Part shown: one piece after another, positions 1 to 12,489 of the stretch
Layout of the letters: each line of letters starts with the position of its first letter
Position numbering within the stretch: the first letter of the stretch is position 1
Origin: Leucoraja ocellata
Lineage: Eukaryota
Direction of reading: 5' to 3'
DNA: 64,000 bases
Assembly: GCA_036785375.1 (NCBI GenBank)
Contig: JAWMAR010000147.1
Location: 5,270,001 to 5,334,000, forward strand
The notes under the pieces: model-generated
What the model saw: only the letters and a program-made list of their open reading frames with translations
Told to the model about the DNA's origin: nothing
Database searches by the model: none
Program-made: the position numbers and the translations under genes

Positions 1-1547
1 CAGCTTTAATCTGCAACTTTTTCATTTGAGAGATAATGGTGTTATGAAATGGGCCACAACTGGCACTATTGAACTCATGCTCTTATCAGGATTTTTAGGT
101 CTGGTGTACTATTTCAATAGCAATAATATATTACCATAATTGTTGAACAAAACAAGTTTAAATATTTAGTTATAATGCATAAATTAATAGCTGATTCAGA
201 ATTGCTTTTCGTGCTAGATCCTAACACGAAAATCCAATATAATTTCACTGACTACATTTGATATACAGGTACTATGTTTCAATACATTGTTAATTATCAA
301 TGCAAGTAACTAGAATTTGTTTTTAAATTATGAAATACAGGTTTTTACTCTGAATTGAAATATCATATCACGTGGCAGCTTGACCATTTTAAAATGCTTT
401 TTATCTCGTGTCTATTTAAAAATGTTCCTCTAGTCTTGAAATTTCAGATTGAAGACCTTTAACATAATTGCCTGTATATTCATGTTTATGTAATTTCCAG
501 AGCCTTTGGAAAGTTTTACAAATGTGGTGCAATACTCTTCTGGGCTTTGTTTTGTTAATATATTTGTAGTTGTCTTGTGCCAGATGAAGCAGGCAATTTA
601 TTTTCTGCATAGAAAATGTCACAATTTTTTTGAAAAGTCTCTTGAGAACAATATGGTATTAAATTGCAAACGAAAGTAGGTAATAGAGGAGGAAATTCCA
701 TTAGTAATGCATCCTATTGTATTTACCAAATTGAAATAATTATATTTTATATTGAACATGCTTATTGGGTTTCAGGTACTAGATTAGGTACTGCTGTTTG
801 TAATTTCTGAATTGATAATAGCAAACTATATATTCCAGCACTTAACAGTCCATTCTCAGATCAGTCAGTGACAAATTAATAAATCTGCACATCTGTTAAA
901 TGTAGTTATACCGCAGCTCTTCTCTTTAGAGCAGAGGTCATAGGGAGGTTTAATTGATATGTTCAAATTCATGAATGGACTCAATTGAATACAGAAAGAG
1001 AAGTTACTTAAGATTATTGGTAAAAGGACCAGTATATGAAGAATATTTCCTTACACTAAATTGTTATGACTGGTAATACAATGCCATAAAAGGAAAAAAA
1101 AGGTTTGGGGAGACGTGAGAGTAAAATTAATTGGATAGATCTGTCAATGGGCTAGATGATCATCTTCTGTGCTATAATTTTTAAAATATAAATCCATGAT
1201 CCAAATAAGACTGCCCGTTTGTTATTCTGTAAATTTTGCTTTACGGTTTGTCACTAGAGGTCCTCAATGAGCTAGGTGAAAATATTTACATTATTGAAGA
1301 TAACATAACATCGTTCCAAATATTTCTCAGATTCTTCACATGATGTCACTACTTTCCCATCATGTCAATTGTTACCGAAACCCAATTCAGATAATGTTTA
1401 TATTAGATTGAAATTGAGGCCAACTGAATAGCACATAGCTCATTTGCTCCATCATTTGCTCCATCATAAAGCTGTTAAGCCCTTACCAAGGTGATCGGCA
1501 TTTAGAGTCATAGACATAGCACAAAAAATAGAGTGCAGAATATAATT

Positions 1548-1990
1548 ATAGAGTCATACAGCATGGAAACCAGCCCTATAGCCCATCTTCCCATGTCGAC
1601 CAAGATGCTTCATCTTCACTAGTCCCATCCGCCCAATTTTCGCCCAGATCCCTTTTAACCTTTCCCATCAATGTACCCATCCAAATGTCTTTTAAATGTT
1701 GTTCCTGCTCAACTATCTCTTATGGCAGGTCATTCCAAATCCCATCTACCCTCTCTGTGAAAAGATTTTCACTCGTTCCAATTAAATATTTCTCCTCGCG
1801 CCTTAAACCTATAACCTCTGGTTCATGATGCCCCTACTCTAAAAAACTCTGTGCATTCACATTATCTGTTCCCTCATGTTCTCATAAACCTCCATAATGT
1901 TATCCCTCAGCCTCCTGCACTCCAAGGAATAAAGTTCTAGCCTGCCCAGCCTCTCCTTATTATTCAGGTCCTCAAATCCTGGCAACATCC
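1548..1990 (-). mobile_element. CR1/HER1-like LINE 3' fragment, left part; resumes at about 3451-3530
   Basis: Minus-strand peptide ERLGRLELYSLECRRLRDNIMEVY matches the CR1 ORF2 C-terminus. The sequence breaks at GGCAACATCC and resumes as ACATCCTCGTAAAT near 3450. Confidence 0.85.
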
Positions 1991-2236
1991 AAGAATCTAT
2001 CCAAGAAGGCGGTTGTCTGTGGCGACATGTCGCCTGCAGCACTGCAGAAAATCATCAAATATAGTAGTTTTCAACCTGGATAAAAGAAACAGCAGAAACC
2101 AGCACTGCAACTGAAAAGCTGCTAATGCATTTAAGCGCATTAGCGCTATTACGATCTACCAGCAGCAACGAAGCTGCCAACTATAAGAGAATTCCCAATC
2201 GCATAGGGATTCCCTGATCTGACGGAGGAACAGTAA

Positions 2237-2295
2237 TGGGCCTGTCCCACTTATGCAATTTTTCAGCGGACTGCCAGCGACTGTCAAGTTGCTTT
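2237..2295. mobile_element. One arm of a PIF/Harbinger-type MITE
   Basis: GGGCCTGTCCCACTT is the same terminal motif as the complete MITEs at 24763 and 26183. Confidence 0.65.
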
Positions 2296-2307
2296 GGAAT
2301 TTTAAAA

Positions 2308-3450
2308 AAGCTCACGGAACTGTGTTTCTGTGCGTCCCTCTGCAATTGGATCCTCGACTTCCTCATCCACAGACCACGATCTGTTTGAATTGGGAGAAAT
2401 ACTTCTTCCTCATTAACAATCAGTATGTGAGCACCTCAAGGCTGCGTGCTCAGTCCCCTGCTCTACTCACTCTATACTCATGACTGTGTCACAGTGCGAA
2501 CTCCATCTTCAAGTTCGCCGAGAACCCCACCGTTGTTGGATGAATTACAGATGGTAATGAGTCAGAGCATAGAAGTGAGATAGACCGATTGAGCAAATGG
2601 TGCCAGCACAACAACCTGGCGCTCAATATCAGTAAAACCAATGAACTGATTGTGGACTTAGGAAGAGGAAGGATGAGGACCCACAATCCTGTTTATATCA
2701 ACGGGAATATGGTGGAGAGAGCCAAAAACATCAAATTCCTGGGCGTGCATATTTCCAAAGATGTTTCCTGGACCCAGCACACTAATGCAATTATAAATAA
2801 AGCAGATCAACGCCTCTACTTCCTGAGAAGATTACGGAGATTCGGTATGTCAGAGAGAATTCTCTTGAACCTCTACAGGTGTACAGTAGAGAGCATATTG
2901 GCTGGTTGCATCATGGCCTGGTTCATTAACTTAAATGCCCAGGAGTGAAAAAGACTGCATAAAGTTGTGAACACTGCCCAGTCCATCACCATCGAAGGGA
3001 TTTATCAGTATCAGTTGCTGCCTCAAAAAGGCAGCCAGCATCATCAGAGACTCACACCATACTGACCACACACTCATTTCACCCCTGCCATCGGGAAGAA
3101 GGTACAGGAACCTCAAAACTGCAACGTCCAGGTTAAGGAACAGCTTCTTCCCTACAGCCATCAGGCTATTAAACACTACAACCTCAAATAAGCCCTGAAC
3201 TGCAATAGAATATTATTATTATTATTGCACTATTATTGTTTGTTCTTTTGTGTGTACGTACAGTGTGTGTGCATGTATATGTGTGTATATATATATGTGT
3301 GTGTGTGTACTTGTGAGTGTACTGAATTTTTTTCTCGTTTATAATATTGTTTACAGTGTACTATGTTTACATAATCTGTTGTGCGGCAGCAAGTAAGAAT
3401 TTCATTGTTCTATGTGGGACATATGACAATAAAACACTGTTGACTCTTGA
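2308..3450 (+). mobile_element. Rex1/Babar LINE, 5'-truncated
   Basis: RT remnants ([47 protein letters not shown]). 3' end TGACAATAAA followed by a TTGACTCTTGA tail. Confidence 0.92.
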
Positions 3451-3619
3451 CATCCTCGTAAATATTCTCTGTACCAAATCCAGCTTTATATCATCCTTCC
3501 TATAGCAGTGTGACCAAAACTGAACACTTTAATTTACAAAAAAATGTTTGATAACATTGGTGCCAAACAAAAACTTTGCACTGCCCTGGTGCAAGCTGCC
3601 AATACAATTAAGAATCTTT

Positions 3620-4000
3620 TCCATCCTGTTCATTCCCTCTTCTCCCCTCACCCGTTAGGCTAGAAGAAACAAAAGCTTGAAAGCATGTACTGCCAGACTC
3701 AGACTTCCCATCTGTTATCATAACCACTGGACAGCTCTCCCATAATCTAGGGTGTAGTCCTTCCTGCACTTCCAACCTGCATTATTATGGGCATTGGATT
3801 ATTCTCAGGAACTGTAAAGCTACAATGCGATAAACCATATTCTGCACTTCTGTAATTTTCTCTTTGCACTACCAGTTGTAAAGTGTGTGGGTTGATTGTA
3901 CTCATGTATAATATGATCTGATTTAATTGGCTGGCATGGAAACAAAAGTTTTTCACTGTATCTCTGTACATTTGACAATAATAAACGAATACCAATACCA
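3620..4000 (+). mobile_element. Old Rex1-like LINE 3' remnant
   Basis: 3' UTR pattern TTTCACTGTATCTCTGTACATTTGACAATAATAAA with an (ACCAAT)n-like tail. Confidence 0.65.
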
Positions 4001-4646
4001 AGAACGCGAGGGAGGGGATATTCATCTCCCTTTGACATTCAGTGGCATTCACTTCCACTGAATCCTCCACCAAAAAGTTATGTGGATCTTCAAAGACTTT
4101 AATTCAACAGTTCTGTGGTTATGGAGCAGTTCAGAAATGTTTCAGTATTTTGTCGATGCAATATATCTCTCAATTCCCATACACTCATATAAGAAATGTG
4201 ATTAAATAATCTCTCCTTTCATGGGTGCATGCATCTGTGATATATGACACCACCTCAGACTAGCACCCATCCACCACCTTAAACATCCACTCATCTACCA
4301 CTGAACACAACAGCTGATTCATGTACCGTATAGAGTGTACGGAAAAAACATCTTCTCAAGCATCTCACAGGTCTCTAACATTTAGAAAAGCAATCTCGGC
4401 TGGCTCAAGGGATTACCATAATTCCTAGGTTGCCCTTCAAGACACACTTGACTTGTATCACATTTTTCCCTTCATTATTGAGTTGAATTAACAACAATCA
4501 TTCATGAGAAGACTCACGTTACCTTCTTAAGCGTACCTGGGAATGGGTATTAAATGCTATTGAAATCATGTGAGTTAGAAAGAACAGTAAAAGCAGGCAC
4601 ATAATAAATTCCATCAGAAGCAGGAAGCTATCTAAGTGCATATGAT

Positions 4647-5546
4647 AGAGGTGTTAGCTGTGAGGAGGATGCTAGGAGGCTGCAAGGTGACTTGGATAGG
4701 CTGGGTGAGTGGGCAAATGCATGACAGATGCAGTATAATGCGGATAAATGTGAGGTGATCCACTTTGGTGGCAAAAGTAGACTATTATCTGAATGGTGTC
4801 CGATTAGGAAAAGGAGAGATGCAACGAGACCTGCGTGTCATAGTACACCAGTCATTGAAAGTAGGCATGCAGGTGCAGCAGGCAGTGAAGAAAGCAAATG
4901 CTATGTTAGCATTCATAGCAAAATAATTTGAGTATAAGAGCAGGGAGGTTCTATTGCAGTTGTACAGGGTCTTGGTGAGACCACACCTGGAGTATTGCGT
5001 ACAGTTTTGGTCTCCTAATCTGACGAAAGACATTCTTGCCATAGAGGGAGTACAGAGAAGGTTCACCAGACTGATTCCTGGGATGGCAGGACTTTCATCT
5101 GAAGAAAGACTGGATAGACTCGGCTTGTACACGCTAGAATTTAGAAGATTGAGGGGGGATCTTATAGAAACTTACAAAATTCTTAAGGGGTTGGACAGGC
5201 TAGATGCAGGAAGATTATACCCGATATTGGGGAAGTCCAGAACTATGGGTCACAGTTTAAGGATAAGAGGGAAGTATTTTAGGACCGAGATGAGAAAATC
5301 ATTTTTTACACAGAGAGTGGTGAATCTGTGGAATTCTCTGCCACAGAAGGTAGTTGAGGCCAGTTCATTGGCTATATCTAAGAGGGAGTTAGATGTGGCC
5401 CTTGTGGCTATAGGGATCAGGGGGTATGGAGAGAAGGCAGGTATGGGATACTGAGTTGGATGATCAGCCAGGATCATATTGAATGGCGGTGCAGGCTCGA
5501 AGGGCCGAATGGCCTACTCCTGCACCTAATTTCTATGTTTCTATGT
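4647..5546 (+). mobile_element. Young CR1/HER1-like LINE 3' fragment
   Basis: ORF 4954-5454 LVRPHLEYCVQFWSP...FFTQRVVNLWNSLP; (TTTCTATG)n tail. Confidence 0.95.
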
Positions 5547-6176
5547 AATGTAGTAAAAGTGCCATCATTTATGTAAAGTAACAACACTTTATTACATGAG
5601 AAACAGTAAGCAAGGACTCGGCTCCATGAGACTGGTCTCATTAAGTATTAATGACAGCTGTTGTCCCTAGCAGCATGGTGATCTCTCTAGATGGATTGGT
5701 GCACACCGGGATATCCACAGTCAATTGATGAAATGTATATGTGCAAATGAACTCTGGTAATCAACTGCAGCCAAGATGGCCACAGATAGACATCAAGCAT
5801 TAGGAGCTTTTCTTGATATCCTGTGTAGTCTTTTTGGATCAAGTAGTAATCTTCAAGAACAGCTGCAACAGCTCCTGGCATTAATATGGTGAACTGGCTT
5901 AAGATCTAGAAACTTCCACGGCAATGTTCTTGACATCACATGTCTGCAATGTTGTAAAGTATAGCTTTTGGCGTACTGTTAAGCAATCCTCACCTAGTTT
6001 ACTCACTTAATGATGTCCTTGGACAGCACAAAATCTAGCAGTAACATATGAGTTTTGTCTGCTGCCTGCCAAACATGTTTACAGCATTATCAAAAGGCAG
6101 AAATTGGCTTTGTTATCCTAAGCTAAAAACACCACGCTCACATTGAGGACAAAGCATCTGTCAGAACTTGCCTTAC

Positions 6177-6252
6177 CTTGAAAGCATATCCGGATTTAAT
6201 ACGATTCTGGATGGATTCGTGGTTAGCCTGTCGGCCACATATAACAGCATAC
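6177..6252 (-). CDS. RMDN3: Internal coding exon (76 nt) of regulator of microtubule dynamics 3 (PTPIP51), TPR-like region
   Basis: Minus strand ttctttgcatttcag|G TAT GCT GTT ATA TGT GGC CGA CAG GCT AAC CAC GAA TCC ATC CAG AAT CGT ATT AAA TCC GGA TAT GCT TTC AAG|gtaagg encodes (W)YAVICGRQANHESIQNRIKSGYAFK. From memory, human RMDN3 reads [26 protein letters not shown], closer than RMDN1 or RMDN2. Splice sites are canonical. Confidence 0.9.
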
Positions 6253-7229
6253 CTGAAATGCAAAGAATCACATGATCTGCATTGAAAAACTATGTAAACA
6301 TGACCTTACTTTCACTTGATAAGAGTTATAAAATGTGTACATTTGGAGAGATTGGCAGCAACCATGAGACCCTCTCCAAGTGATCAAACATGTTTTCACA
6401 GTGAACCTAGACTTCAAATTAAGAACATATGGTTTAGGAGGAGAAACCGCCATTTGACCCCAAGAGCTTGCCCCTACAATATCCTGAATCCCCAACAATA
6501 TTATCTATAATCTTAAACAACACTTCTAACTTTAATAAAATTATAAAATCAACTTTCCTGTCAAGCTGTTGAAATAACGTCAATGAGTTATAAAATTCTG
6601 AATTTATACTGTAGTATTATTTCTCATTAAGCAGATTGATGTCCTTTGGGCATGCTTTCTCAGGTTTATTTATTTTGTGTGCCTCTAAGGTTCTGCTGTT
6701 AAATCTTGTTTCTAGATTATAAATCTTAATGTTTTCTAATTTTACTTCCAGCTCGTTGACAGTACATCTCAAATAATTTTACATTCCTTTGCACCAACTA
6801 CAAAACTTGTTGATTTTGTAGTGAGCTGATTGTATTCAACAAATTATAATTACAGCCACTCAAGTAATAATATTTTACACCCGTATACCAGTAAATACAC
6901 AGTGCTTTCTGGAATGTATTGCAGTGTAGCTTGTCTGCTACTTTCTCGTTACCAGTGTAATTTCACATCTGTGTAACATTCTGGGAATGAAAGGAATAGC
7001 AATTACTCAAACATAGTCTGCTCCCTGTGAGATTCCCCAACGTCTAAGGGAACAAGCTGAATTTCCAGACCTTTCCCAGTAGAAAACTGACCACAAGGTC
7101 ATTCGCCCTGAGAGGAATGGAAAGCAAGTTTGGAAATATATCTTAGAAAAGGAGCAAACGTATATCCATAAAAACATACTGGCAACGTATTTGGATAGGT
7201 TTCCCTTTATGCCTATGTTCCGTCCTCTG

Positions 7230-7700
7230 GCTTCACATTTTGCACCACTTCTATCCTGATCTTATCGCACTTTTGTTTTTTTTCATTTCTGGCTTTTGTC
7301 CAACCATCTGCCAATGAAAGCCCACCCCTAACCTATATCCACCTATCACTTGTCAGACATTGTCCTGTCCCCATCTTTCTTCCAGCTTCCCTCAGCCACT
7401 ACTTCTTCTTCTTATCAAGTCCGCACACAAGATTAGAAGTTGTTCACCCAGAGCTGAACACACTTCTCAGCATATGCATACAATGGTGTCTGTCTTACGC
7501 TTCTTGTGTCTGGTGGTGGAAAGATTGGTGAAAAACAGGGCCGAGACGTGAACGCCCTTTCCTTGACCCCTCCCCCATTACAATCAGTTTGAGGAAGGGT
7601 CCCGACCCAAAACGACCCAGAGATGCTGCCTGATCTGCTGAGTTGCTCCAGCATTTTTCTGTCTTTTTTTGTAAACCAGCACCTACAGTTCCTTGATTCC
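7230..7700 (+). mobile_element. Degenerate Penelope-derived pLTR/SINE-like element
   Basis: GAGGAAGGGTCCCGACCCAAAACG...GATGCTGCCTGATCTGCTGAGTTGCTCCAGCATTTT is homologous to the pLTR at 37321-37619. Confidence 0.7.
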
Positions 7701-8308
7701 ACTCAATCCATTACATGTTGTCTGAATAAATATAAGCAGGTCTGGGGAGGGAGCATTAAGCAGCAAATTATTCATACTAAGGGATTACACCATATAAATT
7801 TCTTCTGGAAGTAAAGCTGCTAATACCACCAAGCATTTGGTAAAGACCGGCAGACTTGTTTTGTTTCAAGATATAAATGTTAGTTTTAACACAAGAAGCA
7901 GAAATCATTCAAAATAATTATTATGGAGTGATAAAATGAAATAGTTATTAGCCATTGATGTTATATTTTGCAATAACAATGTGTGCAGTTACATTAAGCA
8001 AAGATTATGATTATGCCAGAATACAAATGAGGTTGACCTCTGCAAACTGACTGGAACTTAAGATAATTTTTAAAGATCACATAATTACTTCAAGGACAGT
8101 TAAGAAGTACCATATTTAAAACGGGTTAAAGAATCGTTGCACGATTATTTTTTAAATTGATCATCAGCAATATGCTTAAATTGGGAATATACATAAACGG
8201 ATAATTAATTGAGTCAATGATGAAAATTATAAAATCTCCACTACGTTCTTTTTAACGTCAATGGTATGCTAGATATTGAACACTGTAAACCACATATAAA
8301 ATAATCGC

Positions 8309-9060
8309 TTCCGGAAGTGGCGGCGCTGCCTTGCAGCTGCGGCTCGCCTGCAGTCCGTTTGTCCTTTCTGTTTTTTGTTTTCTCTTGTCCCGTTTTTAGT
8401 TTATTTCGGTTTATTTAGTTGTGTATGTGTGGGGGGGCGGGGGTGGGTGTAACATGTTTTATGACTCTTCCTTCGGGGGGATGCGACCTTTCCTGCCGTA
8501 TCCCCCGTCGCCGTGTCCGTCTGCGCTGAGGCCTATCGCGGAGCTGGCGGCCTCCAACTGCGACTGACCTCGAGGCTGCGGAGGCAGAGCCAGGACTTAC
8601 CAGCGCAGGGCTGGTCGACTTCGGGGCTGTGGTTGCGGTGCGACCCAACTTCCGACCCGACTTTGGAGCCTCGGAGGCTCGGCCGCGGGCCAGTGGACGA
8701 CATAATCGGGAGCTCGCGTTCTGTTTTCCGGAGCTCCCGCAAGTACAGCTGCGTCCGCTGGACTGGAGGACGGCAGCTTCGCCAGCTTCGACCGCCCCGG
8801 GCCGCGGAGTTTGAACCGGCCCATTTGCGGAGCACGGATTCAGCCACGGGACTGACTTACCATCACCCAGCGGGGTCACAACATCAGAGGCTTGGATTGC
8901 CTCAGCGCAGAGGGAGAGGGTGAGCAAGGAGGGAAGAGACAATGACTTTGGGACTTTAAACTGTGTTGAGTATTTGTTATTTATTCTATGTTATGACTGC
9001 AGGCTAAACCATTTTGTTGCACTGAAAAGTGCAATGACAATAAATTGAATTTAAAAAAAA
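8309..9060 (+). mobile_element. Non-autonomous GC-rich retroelement with Rex1-like 3' end
   Basis: 5' CCGGAAGTGGCGGCG...GGCTCGCCTGCAGTCCGT head is shared with 44570-44620 (reverse). CpG-rich body; 3' TGACAATAAATTGAAT and A-rich tail. Confidence 0.7.
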
Positions 9061-9628
9061 TCAAAAAAAACACTGATCTGAGAAACGTTAATGGAACATA
9101 AAGATAAAAGAGCAGAACAAAACGCATTGCAGACATTTTTGAGTGCTCCATTTTAGTGATATTTTACTTCGGAGTCACGTGAGTGACTACGTGAAGAACC
9201 CCGCTTACGACGCATGCGTGTCATATCGCTACACGCATTGCAACTTGTCGTTGTTGGGAGGAAGGACGTTCCTCCCAAACGGCAGGGTTTTTCGAACCTG
9301 CAATAGAAAGGTAAGGAAACGTCGTTTATTTCCTTACTTTTTCCTACAGGAAGGCTGTTTAAAGCTGGCAAGGGAGGAATCTGCAAGCAGCAGGTAGCCA
9401 GCAAACGGCCACTAGCAAGATAGTCCCTTAGCGGGAGTTGGTGCAACTTCAGCTGGCGGGGGAAAGAACGCCGACAGGAGTACCCCGTAGCCGTCAGCCC
9501 GACATCTCGGACAACAGCCCAAGGACCTACACTACGGGGTCCGTGGGGCTGCGGGAGGAAGGACGTTCCTCCCAAACGGCAGGCTGAGAACCAGCACAGG
9601 TAAGAACATTTTTCCTTACCTTTTCTTT

Positions 9629-9800
9629 ATAGACGTCGCTGCCGTTTCTGAACAGCAGCAGGCAGCCAGCAACGGACGTCAGCACAGAGCCATAGACGTC
9701 GCTGCCAGTTTCTGAACAGCAGCAGGCAGCCAGCAACGGACATCAGCACAGAGCCATAGACGTCGCTGCCATTTACTGAACAGCAGCAGGCAGCAACGAA
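9629..9800 (+). repeat. Tandem 63-64 bp repeat (about 2.7 units) in the DIRS 5' region
   Basis: ATAGACGTCGCTGCC...CAGCACAGAGCC starts at 9629, 9692 and 9756. Confidence 0.95.
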
Positions 9801-10035
9801 TGTCGGCACCAGCATCTCCCATAAGGGAGCAAGTGCCAAACTTCACCCCAAACGGGTAGAGGTGCCCGTGAGTACCGGGACCGTGAGGAGCGGCATGAGT
9901 ATATCGGGCGGCCGGGAGCGACCAGTGCCCGTAGGCATGGGGATCGGCTGCGGGAAATACCGCGTGCGACTAGTGCCCGAGAGCACCAAGGTCGGCAGGA
10001 GCGGTCCGATATATTAAAGCACCCGCGATCGACTA

Positions 10036-10818
10036 GTGCCCAAGAGCATGGAAGTTGGCTGGAGCGGTTGCTGGAGGAAATTCTCCAGAGTGGCAGGCTC
10101 CAGGATATGGAGGATAGCCACAGTGGGCAAAATATGTCCCACAGCAGTTTCCCATAAAGGGCTGCATGACATATCAGACTCCTCAAAGGAGGGTATTGAA
10201 GGTCTGACTGGGTCAGAATCTGAGCAGGAGATGGAGCCACCTTCCCCTATTGAAGGGGAGAAAAACAACCTGCTGGACATGGTGGGCCAGTACTTCCAGC
10301 AGGAACAAACTGGGAAGGATCTCGAGGACAGGATGGCTGCAAGTATTGAATATATGTCCACCCATCAACTTCAAGCTAATACTTTTGCTGAAGTGTTGGC
10401 AAGGCATTTACCCCGGGAAAATTGTGGTGCTCTTAATGTAGCCAGTGTTAACAGGTGCATTTGGAGACATGTTGGGCAGGCCATTAGGAGTCAGGATATT
10501 AAAATCCAAAATGCCCTGAAAGGTCTCACGGCGGGCATAACAGTCTTGGCCCGCACGTTAGAAAAGGTGGACATGACTAGTGACCACAAGGATGCCTTAG
10601 CACTATTTTGCAACGTGCAGTTTGAACTAAATAATATTAGAAAGATGGCCATTCAGCCAGCTCTAGACCCTAAGTTTGCTATACTATGTAAGCAAAGGGC
10701 TATAAGACCCCAAACCCTGTTATTTGGGGGAGACCTGTCCAAACAGGTTAAAGATTTGGATGAGGAGGCCAAGACTTTGGGGCTGATTAGAGCATCCAAA
10801 GGATATCTGGGGAAATGA
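10036..10818 (+). CDS. DIRS gag-like ORF1 (C-terminal part)
   Basis: PRENCGALNVASVNRCIW...RSQDIKIQ...LLFGGDLSKQVKDL is typical of DIRS ORF1; lies upstream of RT. Confidence 0.8.
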   Translation: MPKSMEVGWSGCWRKFSRVAGSRIWRIATVGKICPTAVSHKGLHDISDSSKEGIEGLTGSESEQEMEPPSPIEGEKNNLLDMVGQYFQQEQTGKDLEDRMAASIEYMSTHQLQANTFAEVLARHLPRENCGALNVASVNRCIWRHVGQAIRSQDIKIQNALKGLTAGITVLARTLEKVDMTSDHKDALALFCNVQFELNNIRKMAIQPALDPKFAILCKQRAIRPQTLLFGGDLSKQVKDLDEEAKTLGLIRASKGYLGK

Positions 10819-11044
10819 TATCAACCTTATGGGCCTCCTAAGTAGTTTTTATAATAATAGTACAAAGAATTGGAGAGAGGCCAGAGGTACCCAGCAGCAG
10901 CGTCCTTTTTTAGGGTTTGGCCCGGGACGACCACTGTGGAAGATGCCAAAGCCTCTACCTTCAGCATGTACCCAAACCTCAACCTCAAGGCCCTCCACAA
11001 CCACGAATGAAACCAAGAAAATAACTCAGTTACCACCGATAACC

Positions 11045-11530
11045 ATGGAGGTAGGTGAATCTGGGGCTCCAGAATTAATAGGGAGCACGGAAGTTGGAGG
11101 GACATTGCAACTTCATTTGGAAGCATGGTGTAATATAACTATGGACAGATATATCCTTAGCAGTATTAAGGGATATCTGATAGAGTTTCTACACAAACAA
11201 AACCCTCCAGTACAACATACACCAGACAGAATATACATGCTTACTAAATTGGAACAAGCTAAAGCTCACATAGAACTACAAAGATTATTCACTAAAGGGG
11301 TAATTGAACAAACCAAACCTGAACAACAGGAATTTGTCTCAAACATATTTATTAGAAATAAGAAAGATGGGGGTTGCCGTATTATTATTGATTTATCAAC
11401 GCTTAACAATGTTGTGCAATATGTTCATTTTAAAATGGATACTTTTAGCACTGCTAAAGAGTTAGTTTCAGCAGGCTACTTTATGGCAAGTATTGATCTT
11501 AAAGATGCTTACTATACAATACCCATCAGA
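11045..11530 (+). pseudogene. DIRS reverse transcriptase N-terminal half, truncated
   Basis: FVSNIFIRNKKDGGCRIIIDLSTLN...HFKMDT...MASIDLKDAYYTIP; no YxDD motif follows. Confidence 0.93.
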
Positions 11531-12489
11531 GGTCCAAATTTATACAGATGCATCAAAAGATTCAGTAGATAAAGTAGGAGTAGCATTTATTGTACCAGAA
11601 TTTCACATCAAAGTAGGGAAGAGGATCAATAATGAGGTCTCAGTATACACAGGTGAAATGATTGCAATATTGTTAGCAGTACTAGGCCTTTAAGGTCAGT
11701 TATTTGTTCAGATTCAAGTTTAGCAATAAAGAGTTTACAGCACAGTCATTCAGACAATAGACCAGACATTTTGATAGAAATACAACAAACACTATTCAGA
11801 ATTCAAATGATGGGGCTTACAGTCATATTTTTATGGGTACCAGCACACATTGGCATTAGAGGAAACAAAATGGCAGATAAGGTAGCAAAAGAGGTAACAA
11901 AAAGAAGTAAGATTGATTTAAGTATTAACATAGGTAAAACTGAAATCAAAGACATTATTAAGCAAAGACGGAAGGAAAGATGGCAAAAGCAATGGGAGGA
12001 AGAGCGGAAAGGACGGTGGTGCTTCAGAGTCCAGAGGAAAGTGGGAAAGATGAGATGTGCAGGAAAGAACAGAGAAGAGGAGACAGTGATTTCAAGAATT
12101 AGATTTGGACACACTGGTCTGAACAGTACACTTTTTGTAATGGGCAAGCATAATACAGGCAGATGTGAATACTGTGGGCAAGAGGAAACGATAGAGCATG
12201 TCATTGTACATTGTGAGAGGTATGAGGAGGAGAGAGAACGGATGAGTGAGCAGTTCAGAAAAGAAGGAGTACAATTTGATTTGGTAGATATTTTGCAAGG
12301 GAGTTCAAATAAGTGCTATCAAATCCTGATGCTTTTTCTTAGGGTAACCAATTTGTTCGGAAGGATATAGGTTATTAGAATATGTAATGGTGTTGTTTGA
12401 TCCACACTCCATGCCAGTTGGTGGCGGTAATGCACCAAAAAAGTTGTTTGCCAACCGCCAAAAAACACTATATAGAAGAAGAAGAAGAA
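11528..12489 (+). mobile_element. I-group (Nimb-like) LINE 3' fragment nested in the DIRS
   Basis: RNase H motifs IYTDASK, SVYTGEMIAI and WVPAHIGIRGNKMADKVAK; CCHC knuckle CEYCGQEETIEHVIVHC; 3' GGTGGCGGTAATGCACC and (GAA)n tail. Confidence 0.9.

Noticed and set aside
416-622. 68-aa minus-strand ORF ending ...RLEEHF as a candidate next RMDN3 exon
   Set aside because: A stop follows EHF, there is no DKAI...GRWCY motif, and no usable splice sites.
4954-5454. 166-aa ORF as a host gene
   Set aside because: It is the C-terminus of CR1 LINE ORF2.
9629-9800. Regular repeats as a CRISPR-like array
   Set aside because: The units are contiguous with no unique spacers and lie inside a eukaryotic retrotransposon.
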